IMG/VR virus record: IMGVR_UViG_3300027833_003138
Location: 76,315-140,314 of that record
From: a virus
Strand: one strand, 5' to 3'
DNA: 64,000 nucleotides
The stretch's first letter is position 1. The number at the start of each line of letters is the position of its first letter. Positions 58,055 to 64,000 of this stretch are shown here, in pieces. The translations under genes and the position numbers were made by a program. Under the pieces are notes generated by a model. It saw only the letters and a list, made by a program, of their open reading frames with translations. It did not search any database and was not told the DNA's origin.

Positions 58055-58058
58055 AATT

Positions 58059-59165
58059 ATGAAAATAGGAATAACCCTAGATATGTCCGTTGCTTTTTGG
58101 GCTAACGGAATGCAACAAAACATCGTATTTCTTTATGAAATGATAAATAGATGCGGTCACGAATGCTTTTATATCACCCATAAAAAGCCGACCCACACAC
58201 TAAAGAAGAATCACAAAGGTATGCTTTTAGAAGATTTACTTGCCGACGATAATGAAAATTTAGACCTAATAATAGTCGCCGGATTCGATTTGCTTCCAGA
58301 AATGTACGACAAATTAAAAGCCAGGAACAATAATTTCAAAACGATACTAATACATTTTGGCAATAAATTGATGGATGATATTCACCACTCGCTATCAAAC
58401 AAAAGCACAAAACTGCCACTAGAAAAACCGAAATACCTAGATCAAATCTGGATATCTCCCCAACACGAGTTTTCCAAAAGCTATATAAAAACTTATTATA
58501 ATTTTAAAGATGTTATAGTTATTCCATTCATATGGGACTCTTTTTTTGTAGAAGACAAAATCAAAGAACTTCAAACAAAAGGGTTAGACCCAAGCTTCAA
58601 AAAAGAAAAAATCAACAAAATATGCGTCTTTGAACCAAATATATCTTTTATTAAAAATTGCGTAATACCAATCAATATATCAGAAAATCTTCATAACAAA
58701 GATCGGGAAATATTAAAATCCATAAATATATTCTGCTGCCAAAGAGTCAAGTTTAACCCATTCTTTGAAAAGTTAATGAATAGATTAGAGGTTGTAAAAA
58801 AGAAAGACTTCTGCTACTTCAATAAAAGATGGAGCACACTTGATGCTTTAAGTAAGTTCGGTAGCACTATAGTTAGCCATCAAATTAAAAATGAATTAAA
58901 CTATAGTTATCTTGAGGCTCTGTTCCTAAACCTGCCCTTGATACATAATTCTTCAACTTTAGAAGATGTAGGTTATTATTATCCGGACTGTGATGTGGAC
59001 TTCGGGGCAAACCAATTAAAGAACGCTATACTAAATCACAGTAAAACATTAGATCAAACCAAGGACGATAACAGAAACTTTTTAAAACAGTATAGCCCAT
59101 ACAACCAAGACAACATTAATATATATAATAATATAATAAATGATATTAAAAACAGACAGTCTTAA
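58059..59165 (+). CDS. DUF2827-like (putative GT-B) protein
   Basis: MKIGITL...FWANGMQQNIVFL, IWISPQH, FEPNISFIKN, SHQIKNELNYSYLEAL; paralogue of 56193. Confidence 0.75.
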   Translation: MKIGITLDMSVAFWANGMQQNIVFLYEMINRCGHECFYITHKKPTHTLKKNHKGMLLEDLLADDNENLDLIIVAGFDLLPEMYDKLKARNNNFKTILIHFGNKLMDDIHHSLSNKSTKLPLEKPKYLDQIWISPQHEFSKSYIKTYYNFKDVIVIPFIWDSFFVEDKIKELQTKGLDPSFKKEKINKICVFEPNISFIKNCVIPINISENLHNKDREILKSINIFCCQRVKFNPFFEKLMNRLEVVKKKDFCYFNKRWSTLDALSKFGSTIVSHQIKNELNYSYLEALFLNLPLIHNSSTLEDVGYYYPDCDVDFGANQLKNAILNHSKTLDQTKDDNRNFLKQYSPYNQDNINIYNNIINDIKNRQS

Positions 59166-60645
59166 ATTTTACTACCTCACAAAAACAGAAGATAGTGAAA
59201 ATTGTAAACACATAGAATATATATTAAAAGATTATAAATTTAAAAAAATACTACCTTATGAAATAGGTATATCAAAAGAAAAATCTGGAAGCATAGGGCA
59301 CGCGAGAATGGTTGAGTCCGGCTTAAGAGAGCAAGATAACTCAAGGCCATTTCAGCCATTCGTAATACTAGAGGATGACGTATCTTTTTATCGAGAAATG
59401 CCAAAGGAAATTGATATTCCTAATGATGCAGATTTATTTTATCTAGGCCTATCTCAACTAGCCATGAATGATGGTAAAGCTATTGATAATATTTCCGCCC
59501 AACAAATTGATGAAAACGTATATCAAATTTTCAACATGCTCAGTGGTCACGCAATCATGATTTGCTCTCCGCTTGGCGCTTCAGCCTATCAAAAAGCTAT
59601 GATCGACGGCTTTTATCAAGAAAAGATCTGGGATGTATTTGCCGCTGAAATGCAAGAAAATTATAATGTTTACGCGCTTAAAAAACCTATCTTCTTGCAA
59701 GACTTAAAGCTTGGAGGAAGAGAAGCTGCAACCAATTTTGAACTAGACAATGAAAGATACAGCAAAGAAGTTTTCTCGGACCCTATAAATTTGTCAGATA
59801 AAAAATCCAATTTCTTCAAAAACTCCTCTATCATGAGAATAAGTTCGCAGAAAGCAAACTTAGATGACCTACTCGAACCCTTATCTTCAATACCTAAGAA
59901 AATTCATATCTCATGGAAAGATAAATCTATACTAGAAAGCTCAAACCAATTAGCTGTAAATGGAATACAAAATCTAGCAAAAACAAACCCAGACTGGAAA
60001 CTTGAAATTTCAGATGATAATGAAGTCGAGAGGTATTTAAAACAAAATTTATCAATTATAGATTACGCTTCAATTAAAGACGCGCCAATCGTATCAAAAG
60101 TTGACACTTGGCGCCTGCTGAAGATAGTTAATGAAGGGGGACTATACACAGACATAGACAGACATGCAAATAAAAATTTAAATTCAATTATAGATAAAAA
60201 CTCAAAATGCGTACTTCCCCTCCACTCAAACCACGGGAAGGTTATAGATTTTTCTCAAGACATCATGATTAGCGCTCCAGGCAACCCGCTTCATAAAGCT
60301 GCGCTCGACTTAATGCTAAGAAGGAGAAGGTCGGGGTGGACAGATATACTAACCTTAGCCCCAATCACCTACTTTCACGGCATAACTAAATTAATGTTCG
60401 GCCATTTTTTAGAAAGACGACCAGACAAAGATGTACTGGAAAAAATAATCAACAAAATAAACAATTCAAAATACATTCAAACTTTCATAGAAAAACCCCC
60501 TGAAGAAACTTTTACCTTTCAATACGACAAAGAAAGCTTTAATTTGGGCAACGGACTTGGGAAAGAAGCTATGTACGACGAAAGCAGTGTTGAGCACTGG
60601 GGGGTGAAAAATCCTATAGATAGAAACAAAATTAAATTTAAATGA
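59140..60645 (+). CDS. GT25-like plus GT32-like glycosyltransferase fusion
   Basis: N-half GH...ILEDDV...LFYLG; C-half IPKKIHISW, DTWRL...EGGLYTDID. Confidence 0.75.
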   Translation: MILKTDSLKFYYLTKTEDSENCKHIEYILKDYKFKKILPYEIGISKEKSGSIGHARMVESGLREQDNSRPFQPFVILEDDVSFYREMPKEIDIPNDADLFYLGLSQLAMNDGKAIDNISAQQIDENVYQIFNMLSGHAIMICSPLGASAYQKAMIDGFYQEKIWDVFAAEMQENYNVYALKKPIFLQDLKLGGREAATNFELDNERYSKEVFSDPINLSDKKSNFFKNSSIMRISSQKANLDDLLEPLSSIPKKIHISWKDKSILESSNQLAVNGIQNLAKTNPDWKLEISDDNEVERYLKQNLSIIDYASIKDAPIVSKVDTWRLLKIVNEGGLYTDIDRHANKNLNSIIDKNSKCVLPLHSNHGKVIDFSQDIMISAPGNPLHKAALDLMLRRRRSGWTDILTLAPITYFHGITKLMFGHFLERRPDKDVLEKIINKINNSKYIQTFIEKPPEETFTFQYDKESFNLGNGLGKEAMYDESSVEHWGVKNPIDRNKIKFK

Positions 60646-61418
60646 ATAAAAAACAACAAGAATTCATAGAGCTAAAAAACCAATGGTTAAATTTTTTTGA
60701 TAACGATCGGTTTGGAAAGCATAGAAAGCTTTTTGATTGGGTGAATTACACAAGCTCTCAAATACCTACACCCGAAGCAACCAAAGATACATTCAACTGC
60801 TTTAACCCATTCAAGAAGATTGCAGTAATAAGTTTGTACACAAAAGAAATTTCTGAATTTGCTGTTTTTTCAGAAAAAAGCATTAAAGATTACTGTAAAA
60901 AACAAGGCTATAGTTTTTACGTATACAGAGAAAGTTTAGACAAAAACGGAAGCCCAAACTGGTCAAAATCGCAAGCCTTATTGAACCATATTGACGATCA
61001 CGATTACATAGTTTGGATGGACTCAGATACATTAATCTTTAATCCAGAAAAAAAACTCGAGTCAATTATAGAAAAAGCTCCTAAAAAATTTATACTTGCT
61101 ACAAAAGATATCGGCGATCATTGTATGCTAAATAGCGGAGTTTTATTTTTCAAAAGCCACCAATACACAAAAAATCTAATCAAAAGATGGCGAGACTTTA
61201 ACGGAGATAAATCTTCATTATATGCTAGCGGCGGAGATCAAGAAGTTCTTTGCGAGATTTTGAGAAAATCGGACGAGCTTGGGTTCAATAGAAAGATATT
61301 TGAAATGAACGAATTTAACACAGATCCAAGATTAGTGAACGAAGATACATTTATATTACATTTTATGGCCTACCCACATGAATTAAAAAAAATATTCATG
61401 AGCTATTGGTGTAGCTAA
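60642..61418 (+). CDS. GT34 (GMA12/MNN10-like) glycosyltransferase
   Basis: YCKKQGY, WSK, VWMDSD, LNSGVLF, GDQ, FILHFM. Confidence 0.85.
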   Translation: MNKKQQEFIELKNQWLNFFDNDRFGKHRKLFDWVNYTSSQIPTPEATKDTFNCFNPFKKIAVISLYTKEISEFAVFSEKSIKDYCKKQGYSFYVYRESLDKNGSPNWSKSQALLNHIDDHDYIVWMDSDTLIFNPEKKLESIIEKAPKKFILATKDIGDHCMLNSGVLFFKSHQYTKNLIKRWRDFNGDKSSLYASGGDQEVLCEILRKSDELGFNRKIFEMNEFNTDPRLVNEDTFILHFMAYPHELKKIFMSYWCS

Positions 61419-61500
61419 AAAACCTTAAAGCCCTTTGTCTATCAGGGTTGAAGGAAAAATAAAAGTTCCCAAAAGCTTTTTTTAAACGTAATTAATAGTA

Positions 61501-62397
61501 ATGGCAAAGGTATTCCGTACCGAAACATTAAGCCTATCGGACAATATCCGATTGGCCTCGAGTGGAGCTGGCGCGTTCGAAATTCAGAGCGCAGGCGGAT
61601 CCACACTAATGAGTAAAGCTACAATCGAAAGTGATATCTCATCCCTTCAAGCTCAGCGCAACGCAGACGAAGGAACTACAGATAGTGACGTTTCCAGTCT
61701 TGCTGGTGACATCTCCACTAACAAGAGTGACCTCGAAAGCGACGTTTCTAGCTTACAAGCTCAGCGCGACGCAGACGAAGGTACTACAGATAGTGACGTT
61801 TCCAGTCTTGCTGGTGACATCTCCACTAACAAGAGTGACCTCGAAAGCGACGTTTCTAGCTTACAAGCTCAGCGCGACGCAGACGAAGGTACTACAGATA
61901 GTGACGTTTCCAGTCTTGCTGGTGACATCTCCACTAACAAGAGTGACCTCGAAAGCGACGTTTCTAGCTTGCAAGCATTAGCTTCAGGAAACACGGCCAA
62001 CCTCGAAAGCGACGTTTCTAGCTTACAAGCTCAGCGTGGCGTAGACGAAGGCACTACAGATAGTGACGTTTCCAGTCTTGCTGGTGACATCTCCACTAAC
62101 AAAGGTGACCTCGAAAGCGACGTTTCCAGTCTTGCTATGAATATAGCTACAAACGATGTCGTAGCCAAAAGCTCTGCAGTAACTAATGGATCAGATAATT
62201 CTGGCTCAATAGCCTTTGGTAGAACATTCGTTTCACCACCAGTTGTTGTAGCCTTACTCAAAAGTTCTGACGCAAGCGATCCAATCATCGCATGCATGGT
62301 TTCTGCAGTAAGTCAAACCGCTGCTACTGTAACATTCGCAGACTCAGTTCCTTCCGCTAACTACACAGTGGAATTGATTGCGTCAATCGCAGGTTAA
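61501..62397 (+). CDS. Fibre-like virion protein: coiled-coil repeats plus C-terminal H-type-lectin/gp53-like domain
   Basis: SDVSSL repeats; IAFGRTFVSPPVVVA; followed by a strong terminator. Confidence 0.6.
   Translation: MAKVFRTETLSLSDNIRLASSGAGAFEIQSAGGSTLMSKATIESDISSLQAQRNADEGTTDSDVSSLAGDISTNKSDLESDVSSLQAQRDADEGTTDSDVSSLAGDISTNKSDLESDVSSLQAQRDADEGTTDSDVSSLAGDISTNKSDLESDVSSLQALASGNTANLESDVSSLQAQRGVDEGTTDSDVSSLAGDISTNKGDLESDVSSLAMNIATNDVVAKSSAVTNGSDNSGSIAFGRTFVSPPVVVALLKSSDASDPIIACMVSAVSQTAATVTFADSVPSANYTVELIASIAG
61630..62136 (+). repeat. 108-bp (36 aa, 2 x 18) near-identical coding tandem repeat
   Basis: SDVSSLQAQRDADEGTTDSDVSSLAGDISTNKSDLE, about 4 copies plus one half unit. Confidence 0.95.
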
Positions 62398-62426
62398 TCA
62401 GTAATACGAGCAAGATTTAATTCTTG

Positions 62427-62453
62427 GGCGGCCCTTCGGGGCCGCCTTTTTTT
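62427..62453 (+). terminator. Rho-independent terminator
   Basis: GGCGGCCC-TTCG-GGGCCGCC followed by T7. Confidence 0.92.
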
Positions 62454-62458
62454 GTGTA
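62454..62458 (+). promoter_or_regulatory. GTGTA motif directly after the terminator
   Basis: GTGTAAAATAATAT-ATG (62468). Confidence 0.55.
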
Positions 62459-62467
62459 AAATAATAT

Positions 62468-63151
62468 ATGAATAGAAAAGATTTGTTTGACGATCTCTTT
62501 GGAGAAAAAGAAAAATATGAGTTGGGAGTATATCAACCAGAAAACAAAAAATACGCAAAAGAAAATCTTCCTGTAAAATACTCTGCTCCACAAGCCCAAA
62601 AACAATTAAGAAAACAATTTAAAAAATTACGGCATAAAGCTTTATATCTTAGTATGGAATATGAAGAACTAGTTGAAGAATTTGAAGAAGTTCGTCATAG
62701 GTTCATAAGCAAGATGCTAGAGTATTGTAAAGACAAAAAAATAGAAGATCCATTTGAATCAGTTGCTCCAGAAAAAAAACAAAAAGAATCAATATCAGAT
62801 AATGATATGAATGAGTTGTTTCGCGAGATAGTCAAGAAAACACACCCTGATTTAAATAAAAACCTACCAGAGGAGGAAATGGAAGAACGAGTGGATCTAT
62901 ACAACGAAGCTGTAAAAGGGAAACAAGGAGGAAACTTCAGAAAAATACTTCAAGTAGCTTTAGAATTAAATGTTCAAATTAAAACTATAACCCCAGAATT
63001 CATTCATCAACTAAGATCCGAAATACAAAAAATGAACAAAAACATGAAGCACATACGCGAAGACATTATGTACAAATGGCATAAAGCTTCAAAAGAAGAG
63101 AAAGAAAAGTTTTTTAAAATTATAACAAGAAACCAGAAACCATTAAACTGA
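62468..63151 (+). CDS. J-domain (DnaJ-like) protein
   Basis: LFREIVKKTHPDLN (HPD motif) flanked by coiled coils. Confidence 0.7.
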   Translation: MNRKDLFDDLFGEKEKYELGVYQPENKKYAKENLPVKYSAPQAQKQLRKQFKKLRHKALYLSMEYEELVEEFEEVRHRFISKMLEYCKDKKIEDPFESVAPEKKQKESISDNDMNELFREIVKKTHPDLNKNLPEEEMEERVDLYNEAVKGKQGGNFRKILQVALELNVQIKTITPEFIHQLRSEIQKMNKNMKHIREDIMYKWHKASKEEKEKFFKIITRNQKPLN

Positions 63152-64000
63152 CTATTGGCCTTGTTCCAGAACTCTTACTCTTGCAGATAATTCTTTTACA
63201 GCTTCGATTAATACAGCGCTGAGTTTTTCGTAATCTACAGTTTTGTATGCGGTTTCGTCGCCCTCAAAATCGCCAATTTTAATCTTGTGCTCTCTAACTA
63301 TTTCGGGAATTACTTTTTCGACCTCTTGAGCTATAACTCCGATATCTTTTTGCCCTTTTCTGGAGCCTTTATTCCAAACATAGTCAACGCCTCTCATTGA
63401 TTCGATTTTATTGAGAGCTCCTTTTATTTCGGTTGCGTTATCTTTGAGTCTTTCGTCGGAGATTGTGGAAGAGAAAGCTAAAACGTCACCATCTACATGA
63501 AGATCACCTCCCCTTGTAAGCCTCATCGTTTCAGTGTTACCTACCACTCCATCCCACGTAAAAAATCTTATTCCGTTTGTACTTCCCACGTGTATTTTCG
63601 ACAGTATGGTACCAATGGTAGGTGTAGTGGCAAATATCAAATCAGCACTAACGTTGAAAGTTGTTCCGCTTAAGCCTAACGCTGTTCCCGCAGTATAAGT
63701 TGTGTTTGTATTTGTAACCGTTTCTGTGGCGGTGCTAAGCGACGTAACATGACCGTAGCCATCTAGCCCAATATCTTGAATATAAGTCCTGCCGCTGTTA
63801 TTTGATGAGCTAGCTGTAGAAGTATCTTGGTGGTTTAGGGTTATTGTTCCGCCTGTTCCGTCTAGGGTAAAGCTTCCTCCTCCGGTAATCGCTCCTCCCG
63901 CTACAAGGGTTACTGTTGCGTTGGAAGCGGTTGCGCTGGCAAGAGACGTGACATGTCCGTAGCCATCTAATCCGATATCTTGAATGTAAGTTCTACCGCT
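63152..64000 (-). CDS. Tail fibre protein C-terminal part with S74 chaperone domain; starts beyond the right edge
   Basis: Frame is open from 64000: SGRTYIQDIGLDGYGHVTSL twice, then ISDERLKDN...IGVIAQEVEKVIPEIV...VDYEKLSAVLIEAVKEL. Confidence 0.85.
   Translation of the reverse strand, partial: SGRTYIQDIGLDGYGHVTSLASATASNATVTLVAGGAITGGGSFTLDGTGGTITLNHQDTSTASSSNNSGRTYIQDIGLDGYGHVTSLSTATETVTNTNTTYTAGTALGLSGTTFNVSADLIFATTPTIGTILSKIHVGSTNGIRFFTWDGVVGNTETMRLTRGGDLHVDGDVLAFSSTISDERLKDNATEIKGALNKIESMRGVDYVWNKGSRKGQKDIGVIAQEVEKVIPEIVREHKIKIGDFEGDETAYKTVDYEKLSAVLIEAVKELSARVRVLEQGQ

Noticed and set aside
61420-61455. Imperfect hairpin after the last GT34 gene
   Set aside because: The stem is mismatched and has no plus-strand U-tract; insufficient to call a terminator.
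50990-62136. Tandem repeats as CRISPR arrays or DGR template/variable repeats
   Set aside because: Unit lengths are multiples of three within ORFs, with no unique spacers, no adenine-specific variation, and no cas or reverse transcriptase gene.
878-62904. Numerous short antisense or nested ORFs in the track (e.g. 878-1153, 2045-2371, 34597-34986, 49950-50348, 61631-61981)
   Set aside because: They are shadows of longer motif-bearing genes and have no recognisable features.
1-64000. Alternative genetic code
   Set aside because: TAA, TAG and TGA all end well-formed genes, and coding density is high under the standard code.

Overview
This 64 kb window is part of a large tailed dsDNA phage genome; it is AT-rich, densely coding and uses the standard genetic code. 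No capsid, terminase, portal, sheath, integrase, tRNA or CRISPR was recognised. 1-33.2 kb is a siphovirus-like tail module: a fibre gene cut by the left edge, neck and tail-completion genes, four tail-tube-like paralogues, two chaperones, a 2322-aa tape measure protein (TMP), a lambda-type tip (M, L, K, I-J fusion), a 2259-aa fibre and an S74 chaperone protein. 33.2-47.3 kb (minus strand) is a glycan-biosynthesis operon (GT9-, GT4-, GT2-like, GT47 exostosin, sulfotransferase, methyltransferase, HAD/nucleotidyltransferase, cupin, WavE-like) with Rad52-like and Whirly-like genes. At 47.3-47.5 kb two divergent sigma70 promoters flank an AT-rich palindromic spacer, followed by dNMP kinase, a sigma factor and ssb. 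50.7-64 kb interleaves repeat-rich virion proteins with a second glycosyltransferase cluster. The most striking signals are: (1) five G-[FYH]-[IV]-P-N-[FY]-A motifs in the TMP that bracket cargo cassettes, one with a PD-(D/E)xK-like signature; (2) an approximately 20-gene glycosylation system next to Ser/Thr-Gly-rich virion proteins; (3) a GTGTA late-promoter motif; (4) roughly periodic intragenic AT-rich islands; (5) Trp-rich tail-tip inserts suggesting a Verrucomicrobia (Opitutales) host. All family calls are by-eye motif recognition; no database search was run.
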